A stretch of DNA of 64,000 nt from an uncultured bacterium (GTDB taxonomy: Bacteria; Cyanobacteriota; Vampirovibrionia; Gastranaerophilales; Gastranaerophilaceae), in contig CACWLL010000005.1 in NCBI GenBank assembly GCA_902761735.1, positions 35,639-99,638 on the forward strand, written 5' to 3'. A model generated the notes under the pieces. That model was not told the origin of the DNA and ran no database searches. It saw nothing but the letters and a program-made list of their open reading frames with translations. Shown in pieces: positions 17,451-27,330 of this stretch (position 1 is its first letter; every line of letters begins with the position of its first letter). Position numbers and translations under genes: made by a program.

Positions 17451-19061
17451 TTAAGATATTTTGGCTGCTTCGTTCACAATAGGTAAAATAAAACCAAATA
17501 CATTACTATTATCCTCATAACTTCTTGCATATATATTACCGTTATGAGCATCTATTATTTGTTTGGACAGATATAAACCAAGCCCAACTCCAACTTTATT
17601 AAATTTTGCAGCATGCGAAACATATTTTTTAAACAAGTTATTCATTGTTTCAGGGTTTATATACGCACTTTTATTTTTTGCTTCAAATCTTATACCATTT
17701 TTATCTTGTTCTATAGTAACAATAATTTGAGTATTATCGTATGCATAAGAAATAGAATTTCCTAAGATATTTGTAATAACTCTCTTTATCTGCATTCTGT
17801 CAATATTTGTATCAAAATCAATACCTTCTGTACACAGACGAAGAGTTACATTTTTTTCTTTTAGCATTGCTTCTAATTCGTTAATTGATTCTTCAGCGAG
17901 GGAAATTATATTACACTTTTCATAATTTAGCACATAATCACCATTTTCGTATTTGTATGTGCTTAATAGTGTAGAAAGCATCTCATACATAAAATTACAG
18001 GAATCTTTAGTTAGGGAAAGCAATTCTTTTTGCTCATTATTAAGTGGTCCCATATGTTCGTTTAACACCAAATCAAGAGCCTTTATTTGTGCAATTGTAG
18101 GAGTCTTCAAATCATGAGTTAAAGTTGCAACATAAGTTTCTCTTTGTTCTAATGCTGTTTTTTCCGCATCAATATCTCTTGCTACACTGCATATTCCGAT
18201 AACTTTTTTTTCATGATTTATAATAGGGCATTTTGTTACCTTAAACCAGCGTTTATCATTATTTTTTAGGGTAATCTGCTTTTCTCTGGCTATACATCTG
18301 CAGTGTGTAATAATTTCACTGTCTTCCTTTGCAATTTCATCTGCTCTTTTTTCCTTATAATGCCATTTATTAGCATTATCCAAATCAGATAAGCCAAGAA
18401 AATCCATTGCCATTTTGTTTTCATAGGTTACATTACCATTTAAGTCTTTTAAATACATTGCAATTGGCATTCCTAAAACTACAGAACGAAACATTTGTTC
18501 CTGATCCTCAAGTTCACTTTTTAGTTTTTCTTCTTGCGTAACATCTTTTGCTATTATCAATACTCCGAAAACACCTTTCGTTAATACTAACGGAGTAGCT
18601 GTTATATCATAAATTTTATTACTGTTTTCTATTTGTATTTTTTTTCTGATAACTTTCCCTTTTAAAGTTTTTCTGCTTATTTTATTAATTTTTGCGGCAT
18701 CTTTTGGTGTAAATAAATCAGTTTCAGTTTTTCCTTTTATTTCATCGAGAGTTTTATTTACAGTATCTAAAAAAAGCTGATTACAATACAAATATCTACC
18801 TTTATAATCTTTATACACAATTAAATCTTGCGAAGAATTACATATAGCACTTATTAATTCTTTGTGGAATAATGCCTTGTTTTTGATATAACCTTGCAAT
18901 ACATAAAAAATAAGCATTAAACTTATTGCTATAATAGAATGTAGTTTAGTTTGCGGATTAAAATATACCCAGAATATAAAAAATACTACCGCAATTTGTA
19001 ATACCCATTTCAAACTAATCAATAAATTTTCGCTGTTTTTAAATAAATTTTTATAAATCAT
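17451..19061 (-). CDS. PAS-domain sensor histidine kinase
   Basis: Two N-terminal TM helices and two PAS-like segments. H-box LTHDLKTPT. ATPase N/G boxes (GNSISYA, GVGLGLYLS). Confidence 0.9.
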   Translation of the reverse strand: MIYKNLFKNSENLLISLKWVLQIAVVFFIFWVYFNPQTKLHSIIAISLMLIFYVLQGYIKNKALFHKELISAICNSSQDLIVYKDYKGRYLYCNQLFLDTVNKTLDEIKGKTETDLFTPKDAAKINKISRKTLKGKVIRKKIQIENSNKIYDITATPLVLTKGVFGVLIIAKDVTQEEKLKSELEDQEQMFRSVVLGMPIAMYLKDLNGNVTYENKMAMDFLGLSDLDNANKWHYKEKRADEIAKEDSEIITHCRCIAREKQITLKNNDKRWFKVTKCPIINHEKKVIGICSVARDIDAEKTALEQRETYVATLTHDLKTPTIAQIKALDLVLNEHMGPLNNEQKELLSLTKDSCNFMYEMLSTLLSTYKYENGDYVLNYEKCNIISLAEESINELEAMLKEKNVTLRLCTEGIDFDTNIDRMQIKRVITNILGNSISYAYDNTQIIVTIEQDKNGIRFEAKNKSAYINPETMNNLFKKYVSHAAKFNKVGVGLGLYLSKQIIDAHNGNIYARSYEDNSNVFGFILPIVNEAAKIS

Positions 19062-19695
19062 ATTTAGTTGCCTTTACTGCTGCTTGCACTCTGTCTGTTA
19101 CGGAAAGCTTCTCCAAAATATTGCACACATGTGCTTTTGCCGTATTTGTACTAACGATAAGTCTATCAGCGATTTCTGTATTTGAAAAGCCCTGAACCAA
19201 CAAATCTAAAACTTCTTTTTCTCTCTGGGTTAAATTAAAATCTTCTTTTTCTCTTGGTTCAGCCTTATAGAAAGTCTTTTGAACAACCTTTGTAATTCTA
19301 GGATCAATCCATATAGAACCTTCTTTTACAGTACGAATTAAATTATATAATTTTTTTGTCTCTATATCTTTCAATGCATATGCATTTGCACCGGAAGCCA
19401 AGCTTGATAATACTTCATCATCATTTTCGTGAGATGTTAAAATGATAATTTTTGTATTTGGATATTTTCTGTGAATAATTTTGGTAGCCTCTATTCCTGT
19501 CATATATGGCAGACCCAAGTCCATAAGTATAACATCAACCGCTTCTGTTTCCAAAGCTTCTATGCATGCCTCTGCAGTATCAAAATCACCTTTTATATTT
19601 ATATCTTGATAATCCTGAAGAGCTTTTTTATAGGTAATTCTTGTTAACAAATAGTCCTCTACTATATATATTGATATTTCGTTTTTGCTTTCCAT
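19051..19695 (-). CDS. NarL/LuxR-family response regulator
   Basis: Receiver domain (DVILMDLGLP). C-terminal LuxR HTH (LTQREKEVLDLLVQGFSNTEIADRL). Overlaps the kinase start. Confidence 0.9.
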   Translation of the reverse strand: MESKNEISIYIVEDYLLTRITYKKALQDYQDINIKGDFDTAEACIEALETEAVDVILMDLGLPYMTGIEATKIIHRKYPNTKIIILTSHENDDEVLSSLASGANAYALKDIETKKLYNLIRTVKEGSIWIDPRITKVVQKTFYKAEPREKEDFNLTQREKEVLDLLVQGFSNTEIADRLIVSTNTAKAHVCNILEKLSVTDRVQAAVKATKYDL

Positions 19696-19776
19696 TTATT
19701 TTTCCTTTTTTATAATTATCATATCTACATCACCTAAAAGGCTATTATCCAACTGGGTAATAAATTTATAAATAAT

Positions 19777-19805
19777 ATTTTACATTAAGAATAATTTTTT
19801 GTCAG
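19777..19805 (-). promoter_or_regulatory. sigma70-like promoter for the response regulator/kinase operon
   Basis: Minus strand reads CTGACA, a 17-nt spacer, then TAAAAT, about 80 nt upstream of the ATG at 19695. Confidence 0.45.
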
Positions 19806-19812
19806 TAGCAAA

Positions 19813-19853
19813 GGCTCCTGATGGCAGAAAGCGCAGCCCCGTCGAGGGTGAGC
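19813..19853. other. GC-rich imperfect stem-loop island; candidate structured RNA or protein-binding site
   Basis: GGCTCCTGATGGCAGAAAGCGCAGCCCCGTCGAGGGTGAGC stands out in AT-rich spacer. Helices GCTCCT/AGG..GAGC and GATGG/CCGTC can nest. Confidence 0.25.
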
Positions 19854-19963
19854 AAACAAAAGGAAGTTCGATAAATTTCTACACTATAAACTTGCCTCAA
19901 TTGCCATAAAATTAGACATCTTTACGATAAAACCCCCATCACAACTGTCCTGAAAGGTTATAA

Positions 19964-19999
19964 TGATAGCCGACATATCTGAAAATATATCGGCTATCA
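19964..19999 (-). terminator. hairpin immediately 3' of tRNA-Ser
   Basis: TGATAGCCG..ATAT / ATATCGGCTATCA, a 13-bp interrupted stem. Only a weak U-tract follows on the minus strand. Confidence 0.4.
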
Positions 20000-20001
20000 T
20001 T

Positions 20002-20090
20002 CGGAAAAGGTGGGATTTGAACCCACGGTGCAGGTAGCCCCACACAACACCTTAGCAGGGTGCCGCCTTAAGCCACTCGGCCACTTTTCC
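20002..20090 (-). tRNA. tRNA-Ser (anticodon GCU), class II with long variable arm; no encoded CCA
   Basis: Reverse complement is GGAAAAGUGGCCGAGUGG...CUGCUAA...GGGUUCAAAUCCCACCUUUUCCG. 7-bp acceptor stem, anticodon loop CU-GCU-AA, and T-arm GUGGG/CCCAC. Confidence 0.9.
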
Positions 20091-20284
20091 TTTTCTGTTT
20101 AATTGTCATGAAAAGGGATTCCCTCTCCTAAGTTATGATAGCATAAAATTTTTATTTTGCAAAACATATATTTATTACCCTTACATTATTTTTATTTAGA
20201 ACTAAAAAACATATAGATAGAGGATTTTATAATACTATTCATGCGATATAAGTATGATGTCGAGTATTACAAGGAGGTTTTAAA

Positions 20285-20854
20285 ATGCGAGGCAAAAATA
20301 ACAGATATGAAGAATTAATCAAAAACTATACTGAAGGAGATTTGGATTTATCAGGATGCGAAATCAAACACCTTGAATTAGATCACGTCAGCGGAAGTCT
20401 TAATTTATCCAAAGCTAATATCGGAACACTATCTATCGGATGGGTTAGCAATGAATTAAATATGAGCGGTGCAGAAATCAAAAATATTACAAATCCGATT
20501 GATGCAGAAAGCGTTATTATGACAGGTGCAAATATCAAAAAATTACCTGCTCATGTTTACACAAATTATTTTGATATTTCAAGAAGCAATATTTCAAAAT
20601 TAAATACAGAAATCAGAGCAAACACTCTTAACATAAGAAACACAAAAATTGAATCTTTACCAAAAGATTTGAAAGTAAGAACATTAATTGTAGACTCAAA
20701 GACAGCTAAAAATATGTCTTTGTTAACTCTTAAAAATTGCGAATCGATTGATATGGATAGCGTTGTATATTCATCATCAACTATTAGTGCATCTATGAGA
20801 GATTATAATTTTTGCAGCGTGGCAGAAAATTGCGAAAACTTTTGCAGAGCATAA
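20285..20854 (+). CDS. repeat protein with about seven 19-20-aa LRR-like units
   Basis: Periodic xLxLSxxxIxxL units: DLDLSGCEIKHL, SLNLSKANIGTL, ELNMSGAEIKNI, YFDISRSNISKL, TLNIRNTKIESL. Good RBS. Confidence 0.55.
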   Translation: MRGKNNRYEELIKNYTEGDLDLSGCEIKHLELDHVSGSLNLSKANIGTLSIGWVSNELNMSGAEIKNITNPIDAESVIMTGANIKKLPAHVYTNYFDISRSNISKLNTEIRANTLNIRNTKIESLPKDLKVRTLIVDSKTAKNMSLLTLKNCESIDMDSVVYSSSTISASMRDYNFCSVAENCENFCRA

Positions 20855-20876
20855 GAGAGAAGATAACTTAATAAAT

Positions 20877-20911
20877 AAAAACGGCTGTTTATAACTTTAC
20901 AGCCGTTTTTG
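20877..20911 (+). terminator. Rho-independent terminator
   Basis: ACGGCTGT-loop-ACAGCCGT followed by TTTTT. Confidence 0.8.
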
Positions 20912-20947
20912 TTATATAATTTAGTCAGATGGGAGAAAGATATTACA

Positions 20948-21733
20948 ATGCTGGCTGATTATCATATGCACACGAGCTTTAGTGACGATTCGGTTTATCC
21001 GATGGAGGATTGCATAAATAGAGCTATTTCACTAGGTTTTGATGAAATTTGTTTTACAGAACACCTTGACTATGGTTTTACTCATGCATACTGTTGTGAT
21101 TGCGATACTTATTTACAAACAGTACGAAAATATCAGGAAAAATATTCCGATAATATTAATATAAAATATGGAATTGAATTTGGGGCACAAGCTCACCACA
21201 AAAAATATTTTAAAGACATTTTTGACAAATATCCGTTTGATTTTGTTTTGCTTTCCTTCCATCAGGTTGAAGATAAGGAATTATGGAATCAAGATTTTCA
21301 AACAGGCAAAACTCAAGAAGAATACAATCGAATTTATTTTGAAGAAATGCTAAAAACCGCAAAAGCATTTGATTTTTACAGCGTATTAGCACACATGGAT
21401 TTAATGAGAAGGTATGACCAAAATGGCGAATATCCTTTTGAAAAATCAAAAGATATAATCGAAGAAATTTTAAAATATGTAATTGAACATGGAAAAGGAA
21501 TTGAGTTAAACACATCATCCTTCAGGTATAAATTAAATGACTTATGTCCTGCAACCCCAATCCTCAAATTATATAAAGACTTGGGCGGAGAAATAATAAC
21601 AATAGGCTCGGATTCACATAGAGAAATTCAAGTAGGCGACCATGTTAAAGAAGCCCGTGAAATTCTCAAAACTATGGGGTATAAATATTTTACAACATTT
21701 GATAAAATGCAGCCTAAATTCCACGAATTATAA
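20948..21733 (+). CDS. hisK: histidinol-phosphatase, PHP (HisK/HisJ) family
   Basis: DYHMHTSFSDDS and FTEHLD PHP metal-binding motifs. Start set at the ATG after GGGAGAAAG. Confidence 0.8.
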   Translation: MLADYHMHTSFSDDSVYPMEDCINRAISLGFDEICFTEHLDYGFTHAYCCDCDTYLQTVRKYQEKYSDNINIKYGIEFGAQAHHKKYFKDIFDKYPFDFVLLSFHQVEDKELWNQDFQTGKTQEEYNRIYFEEMLKTAKAFDFYSVLAHMDLMRRYDQNGEYPFEKSKDIIEEILKYVIEHGKGIELNTSSFRYKLNDLCPATPILKLYKDLGGEIITIGSDSHREIQVGDHVKEAREILKTMGYKYFTTFDKMQPKFHEL

Positions 21734-21760
21734 TATTTATTGCATTGCTTTCAAAAGAAT

Positions 21761-21797
21761 AAAAAATAGGAAGCAGAAATTACCACTTCCTATTTTT
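21761..21797. terminator. bidirectional terminator
   Basis: AAAAAATAGGAAG-loop-CTTCCTATTTTT between convergent genes. Confidence 0.75.
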
Positions 21798-21815
21798 GTG
21801 CATAATACTAAATAC

Positions 21816-22334
21816 CTATTTTCTAAATAATTTACTTAATTTTGTATATTCAATTTTGCTATCGTGTTCTTTTATACATTCTTTCAATGCATCTATTGTA
21901 TCCTTCAAAAGATTAACCTGTGCGGCATCCACGCTTTCCGCTGTATTCAAAACTACTACTTTAGATACGACCCGGCTTTTTGCACCTAACAGGTTATTAA
22001 AAAAGTTTTTAAACGCATTTGATTTTTTAGGTCCGGAACCGACAGAAATCTTATAAGAATTTTTGCTGGCATCATCTGCACATTCATTAATATGAACATT
22101 ATAACCTTTTGCTAATTTTTCAAGAATATCTCTTATCGGAAGGACAATATATTCTGCACCTTTTGTAAATTTCAAAGAACGTTCTCCTAAAAGTGGTACA
22201 ACCTTTTTATTGATTGCTTTTTGGAGTTCCGGAGTATTTGCTTTGCTGCCAACTTGAAAATCCGAAGCACTCCCCTCTACTGTTTTTTGAAAAGTTATTT
22301 TTTGGTCACAATTTTGCAATCTTGCAATTTTCAT
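21816..22334 (-). CDS. hypothetical protein, 172 aa
   Basis: ORF with a terminator downstream. No motif recognised. Confidence 0.5.
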   Translation of the reverse strand: MKIARLQNCDQKITFQKTVEGSASDFQVGSKANTPELQKAINKKVVPLLGERSLKFTKGAEYIVLPIRDILEKLAKGYNVHINECADDASKNSYKISVGSGPKKSNAFKNFFNNLLGAKSRVVSKVVVLNTAESVDAAQVNLLKDTIDALKECIKEHDSKIEYTKLSKLFRK

Positions 22335-22515
22335 AAATCACCTCACATAAATTCTAAATATAAGTACATTATTATAAAACGTATAAAAATAAATTTTGCT
22401 ACAATAAAATAATACGAGTTAACATTATGAAACATTTCTCTAATTTACCGCAATTTTTTTAAAACAAATCACTTTATAAAAATATAGTGTTATTTTTGGT
22501 AGGAGAATTATTTTT

Positions 22516-22872
22516 ATGATGAACTCAACAGTTAATGCAATTCCGCAATATGCACCACAACAACAAACAACTCAAGGCGTAACGGTAGCCGAAAAACCAC
22601 AAACAAGCAATCAACAAAAAACTTATGCCTGCGAACAAAGCATGGCAATCACCTATGATATTGCGGCAGAATACAATGCTATTTGTAAAATGAATAATAT
22701 GCTTAGTGATATTTCAAAAGAAATTAAAACAACAGATGACCCTGAACGTAAAAAATTGTTGGAAGCAAGAGTTAGAACTCTTAACAACATGATTTTACAA
22801 CGTGAAGCTAAGATTAACCAAATGGAACAAGTAAAAAATCAAATTGATGCACAATTTGCAAATCTGAATTAA
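22516..22872 (+). CDS. hypothetical Q-rich coiled-coil protein, 118 aa
   Basis: GGAG RBS. Gln-rich N-terminus and helical C-terminus. Confidence 0.5.
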   Translation: MMNSTVNAIPQYAPQQQTTQGVTVAEKPQTSNQQKTYACEQSMAITYDIAAEYNAICKMNNMLSDISKEIKTTDDPERKKLLEARVRTLNNMILQREAKINQMEQVKNQIDAQFANLN

Positions 22873-23771
22873 GATTTTGGATGCAAAGCATCAAAATCAG
22901 CTTGAATTTCTTCGGCTTTCTCATTCAGTCTGTTGTACGTTTGGGAATTTAATTCTCCGCCAATCAAAATTAATATTGACGTATAATACAACCATATCAT
23001 AAGAACAGCAAATGCCCCGATTGTACCATACACCATGTTATACGTTCTCAAATTGTTAACATATATCGAAAATCCCCAAGATGCGACCAACCAAAAAATT
23101 ACAAAGAAAAAAGACCCCGGTATCGCACTTTTTCGCTTAAATTGTTCGTTTCCCTTTAAATCCGGCAGTATATAATAACTTAAAAATGCCATAAAGAACA
23201 ATGCTGCAAAAGCAATTAACCATCTGCCTATCATTAATAAAAGAGCTACAGTTTCGGTGATATATCCGTGAGCAAACAAAAATCCGATAATTAATTTACC
23301 AAATACAATTAAGTTAATAGACAAAAACAATACCATCACATCAACAAGAATCATCATCAATGATAATATCCGAGTGTAAATCAGACTTCTGGTTTCTTTG
23401 ACCTTATATGCACGATTTAAACCTTTCAATACAACAGCCATCGCATTCATAGAAAGAAAAGTTGTTGCACAAAAACCTATAATCGCCATAATGCCGCCTT
23501 GAGAAAATATCATTACCTCTGACAAAACAGTCATAATAAGATTCATTGCTTGTTCCGGCATAAATTTCCCAAGAAAAAGTAATATTGGCTCCATCATAGA
23601 TTTATTACCCATCCACCCGAAAATTGACATCAAAAACAACATAAACGGGAAAATTCCTATTACAAGCATAAATCCCATTTCTGCAGCCATACCAAAGAAA
23701 TCATTGTCTATAACCGAATGGACAAGACGAATAATACAATCTATAACTTTGTTTTTACTTTTTATCCTCAT
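22869..23771 (-). CDS. YihY/BrkB (formerly ribonuclease BN-like) family membrane protein
   Basis: Six TM helices. Family-typical GSFFFVIFWL and YGTIGAFAVLMIWLY segments. Confidence 0.7.
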   Translation of the reverse strand: MRIKSKNKVIDCIIRLVHSVIDNDFFGMAAEMGFMLVIGIFPFMLFLMSIFGWMGNKSMMEPILLFLGKFMPEQAMNLIMTVLSEVMIFSQGGIMAIIGFCATTFLSMNAMAVVLKGLNRAYKVKETRSLIYTRILSLMMILVDVMVLFLSINLIVFGKLIIGFLFAHGYITETVALLLMIGRWLIAFAALFFMAFLSYYILPDLKGNEQFKRKSAIPGSFFFVIFWLVASWGFSIYVNNLRTYNMVYGTIGAFAVLMIWLYYTSILILIGGELNSQTYNRLNEKAEEIQADFDALHPKS

Positions 23772-24733
23772 AATCCTAATTTAATTATTTCATCTATTAT
23801 TTTTTTTGCAGCAGTTTCAACATTTGATTTTATCAAACATCCGGCAGCAAGTTTATGTCCGCCGCCATCAAAAATTTCACATATTTTTGATACATCAGCA
23901 GCCTCGCTGCGCATTGAAATTTTTGATAACGCAGGAGAAAGCTGCTTCACCAAAAAAGCAACCTCAACAGATTTTATGGCTCTTAATTTTTCGGTTAATC
24001 CCTCAGTACAATCTTCGCCTACATTAAACCTTTCCATATCCTTTTTATAAACTATTGTATAAGCGATTTTATTATCATCCGTAAAAACTGCATTACTTAT
24101 ACAGTGAGCCTGAAATTGGACATGTTCCTTAGTATTTGACTCATAACAATATTTGTAAATTTCATCAGGTTTTACACCTATTTCAATTAACTCTGCAACA
24201 CTTGACATAGCTCTTTGTGTTGTATTACTAAATCTGAACGAACCGGTATCCGTTAATATCGCAGTATAAAGACATATTGCGGTATTCAATGAAATTTTCC
24301 AACCTAAATTTTTCATCAAGTAATACAAAACTTCACCGGTAGAACTTGCGTCCGGCTCCACATAATTCAAATCGGCATAACCGGTATTTGTAACGTGATG
24401 GTCGATATTGACGGTTGTTTTTGCTTTAGTAAACAAGATTTCTGACTCAAACATTCTATTGAACGCTGCAACATCTACGTTTATAACCAAGTCATATTCT
24501 CTTGATTTATCATATTCGCTAACATGTTTTGCCGCAGAAGAATACGGTAAAAAAGAATAAATATTAGGCAATTTTGACATTAATAACATATCCGCTTTTT
24601 TTTTGTAGTTATCTGATATAGCAGAATACAAACCGCACATACTCCCTAAAGTATCTCCATCGGGATTAAGGTGCGATATTATCAATATGTTTTTTGAAGA
24701 TTTTATGATATCATCTAATTGTTGACAATCCAT
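23768..24733 (-). CDS. nrnA: DHH/DHHA1 phosphoesterase (NrnA-like oligoribonuclease/pAp phosphatase)
   Basis: HLNPDGDTLGS, IDHH and GGGHKLAAG motifs. Confidence 0.85.
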   Translation of the reverse strand: MDCQQLDDIIKSSKNILIISHLNPDGDTLGSMCGLYSAISDNYKKKADMLLMSKLPNIYSFLPYSSAAKHVSEYDKSREYDLVINVDVAAFNRMFESEILFTKAKTTVNIDHHVTNTGYADLNYVEPDASSTGEVLYYLMKNLGWKISLNTAICLYTAILTDTGSFRFSNTTQRAMSSVAELIEIGVKPDEIYKYCYESNTKEHVQFQAHCISNAVFTDDNKIAYTIVYKKDMERFNVGEDCTEGLTEKLRAIKSVEVAFLVKQLSPALSKISMRSEAADVSKICEIFDGGGHKLAAGCLIKSNVETAAKKIIDEIIKLGL

Positions 24734-24770
24734 TACTTGATACTAACAAAAAAATGACGGGGACGCAAAT

Positions 24771-25094
24771 TTGGAAAAAATTTTGTACACAGATTTTGTA
24801 TCAACAGAAGAACTAATGGAAGAGTTGATGGAAAATAAAGAAATTAAAAAAGCCATCACTCGGAATAACTTGTACAAATTTTGGGGACGAGTTGCCGGTG
24901 CTAAATTTGCACAAAAATCAAAACCTCATTCTCTTGCCCCGGGCGGGGTTCTAGTCATAGCATGCGAAACCCCTATCGTAGCTCAAGAATTACTCTTAAA
25001 AAAAACACAATTGCTGGTAAAATTTAAACCATATCTTGAATCTTTAAAAATAAATGTTAAAGATTTACGTTTTGATGCAAAAAAATGGCAATAA
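24771..25094 (+). CDS. DUF721 (DciA-like) protein
   Basis: W..V.G...A..S.P......G.L.I......VAQEL pattern of DUF721. TTG start. Confidence 0.55.
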   Translation: MEKILYTDFVSTEELMEELMENKEIKKAITRNNLYKFWGRVAGAKFAQKSKPHSLAPGGVLVIACETPIVAQELLLKKTQLLVKFKPYLESLKINVKDLRFDAKKWQ

Positions 25095-25266
25095 TTAAAT
25101 TAAAAAACAATAGCATACTTACCTGTAAACAGTACCGCTTTACCGTTACTTAAAAGTCTTACAATATTATTATTAACTTTTGTAACAAAAAGAATCTTTT
25201 GTGAAATTGTGCAATTTTAAAATACTTTATATAGACAAGAAGAGATAAAATATAAGGAGAGAGATT

Positions 25267-25617
25267 ATGACATTCCTTCCAGCACAATCACACAGAACTT
25301 TATTAATTATGCAAAAAGCACAAGTAGACCACCAATTACAATTGGTAATGTTTCAAACAAATGTTGTTATGAGCGAAGTAAACGCTATTGAAAACTTGTC
25401 AATTCAAAGAGCAGCTGTTGGTGAAGATGCAAGCTTGACAGACCAAGAAGAAGCTCGTACAAAAGTTTTAGACCAACAAGCGGCACAACTTGAAGCTCAA
25501 CAATCATCATTAGAAGCAGAACGAGAACAAATTAATGCAGAATTGCAAGCCCTTGCTCAATTTGTAAAAGATGGAATAAAACAATCCGTTGGATTACAAA
25601 TAATGGGTGGTTCATAA
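25267..25617 (+). CDS. hypothetical Q/E-rich coiled-coil protein, 116 aa
   Basis: AAGGAGAG RBS. LDQQAAQLEAQQSSLEAEREQINAELQAL coiled coil. Confidence 0.5.
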   Translation: MTFLPAQSHRTLLIMQKAQVDHQLQLVMFQTNVVMSEVNAIENLSIQRAAVGEDASLTDQEEARTKVLDQQAAQLEAQQSSLEAEREQINAELQALAQFVKDGIKQSVGLQIMGGS

Positions 25618-25709
25618 TAAATACCCCTAATAAAATAAATTGTGCTAAAGATAATAATATATATATAAGCGAAGTTGTAGTGAATAAATCCTAAAATAGA
25701 ATTAGGAAA

Positions 25710-26558
25710 CTAACGACTTCGCTTTAATAATTTTTCAAACAACTCATAAGTATTTAACATTAAAGATGCAATGGTCATAGGACCAACCCCGCCCGGAACC
25801 GGCGATATATAAGAAGTTTTACCACATACAGTTTCAAAATCTACATCCCCCCTGATTTTTCCGTTTTTATCACGGGAAATCCCAACATCAACAACAACTA
25901 TATTCTCATTTATCATATCTTCTTCTATTAATACTTCCCCTACTGCAGAAATTAATACATCTGCAGTTTTTGTTATGGATGCGAGATTTTTTGTGTGACT
26001 GTGACAAGTTGTAACCGTAGCATTACGTCTTAATGCCATCAATGACATCGGTTTACCAACAAGATTAGAACGTCCTACCACAACAACATGTTTACCGTCC
26101 AAATCTATACCGTATTCATCCAACAACAACAAAATGCCTTTAGGGGTACAAGGATATACGGCAGGCTCCAGCCCTGCAGCAAGTTTACCATAATTCTCCG
26201 TAGTGAAACAATCAACATCTTTTTCGGGCGATATTGCATTAATAATTTTTTCTTTATCAATATGTTTAGGTAAAGGCAATTGAACTAAAATTGCATGCAC
26301 TGTATCATCCTTATTTAATTCTTGAATTTTATCAAGAATTACACCTTCCTCAACATTTGCACAATAGGTTATTACCTCAGATCTGATTCCCAATTTTTCG
26401 GCAGTTTTTTTCTTATTATCTACATATATTTTACTTGCAGGGTCATCCCCAACAAGTATAACAGACAATCCCGGCTTTATATTGGATTTATCAATTTTTA
26501 CTTTCAATTCATCCAATAATTTATTTCTTAATGTTTTTCCGTCAAGAATTACTGTCAA
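25710..26558 (-). CDS. folD: bifunctional methylenetetrahydrofolate dehydrogenase/methenyl-THF cyclohydrolase
   Basis: 282 aa. LVQLPLP, VVVGRSNLVGKP and PVPGGVGPMT motifs. Confidence 0.95.
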   Translation of the reverse strand: MTVILDGKTLRNKLLDELKVKIDKSNIKPGLSVILVGDDPASKIYVDNKKKTAEKLGIRSEVITYCANVEEGVILDKIQELNKDDTVHAILVQLPLPKHIDKEKIINAISPEKDVDCFTTENYGKLAAGLEPAVYPCTPKGILLLLDEYGIDLDGKHVVVVGRSNLVGKPMSLMALRRNATVTTCHSHTKNLASITKTADVLISAVGEVLIEEDMINENIVVVDVGISRDKNGKIRGDVDFETVCGKTSYISPVPGGVGPMTIASLMLNTYELFEKLLKRSR

Positions 26559-26571
26559 AATATGCCCCCTA

Positions 26572-27330
26572 TTAATTGTTATCCTCTCCCTGCGGGAGGT
26601 TTAATCTTATATAAAATTGTTTTATAGCCTCTACAACAATATTCGATTCCCTTGACAAAGAATTAGTTTCTAAACTTTTATCATAAGGAATAACACCTAA
26701 AACTTCTAAATCAAAGCGTTTCAACATATCATAAACTGCTGCCAAATTTTTGTTATCAGCTTGATTAACAATAACACCAATCTGATTTCCGGCAGCATAT
26801 TTTGCACTAAATTCTTCTATTCTTTTAGCAAGAAGTGCTGAGTCCTCTGTCGGTTTTGCAACGATTAATGTTGTATCAACTTCAGTATCTACAAGCTGAT
26901 TCAGGTATTTTAAATCAAATTCGCAATCAAAAATAACTATATCGTATCTTTTCAAGAGTTTTTGTACAGCATAATTGATTTGACCGGTAATAGGGCATCT
27001 GCAATCTTTAGCACCTACAAACCACGAAACAATCAAGTCAACATTATCATCTAATGATACAAGAATATCCTCCATTGCCCATTCAACAAATTCTTGCTTT
27101 GACATATCTTCCGGAATGCCTGTCTTATACTCATGCTTACCGCTTCTTATACCGTAAATAGTATTTCTTACATCTAAACCAAAACTGTGTCCTAATTCCC
27201 CTGACAAATCATTATCAAATAGCAAAATAGATTTTTCTGGAAACATCTCCTTGAAAATTTTCAAAAATGCCTTTGTAATTGTAGTTTTTCCGCTGCCGCT
27301 TTTTCCGGTTATTGCCAGTTTATAAGTCAT
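26572..27330 (-). CDS. CooC/MinD-class (SIMIBI) P-loop ATPase with CxC motif
   Basis: Deviant Walker A ITGKSGSGKTT. DCRCP metal-binding-type CxC motif. Overlaps the upstream gene by 11 nt. Confidence 0.65.
   Translation of the reverse strand: MTYKLAITGKSGSGKTTITKAFLKIFKEMFPEKSILLFDNDLSGELGHSFGLDVRNTIYGIRSGKHEYKTGIPEDMSKQEFVEWAMEDILVSLDDNVDLIVSWFVGAKDCRCPITGQINYAVQKLLKRYDIVIFDCEFDLKYLNQLVDTEVDTTLIVAKPTEDSALLAKRIEEFSAKYAAGNQIGVIVNQADNKNLAAVYDMLKRFDLEVLGVIPYDKSLETNSLSRESNIVVEAIKQFYIRLNLPQGEDNN

Noticed and set aside
19813-19853. GC-rich element as a hammerhead ribozyme or SRP (4.5S) RNA
   Set aside because: CUGAUGG...GAAA superficially recalls the hammerhead CUGANGA/GAAA core, but there is no stem II between the two boxes. 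AGCGCAGCC recalls the SRP domain IV AGCAGCC, but there is no GNRA-closed helix and no long hairpin. Kept only as an unclassified element.
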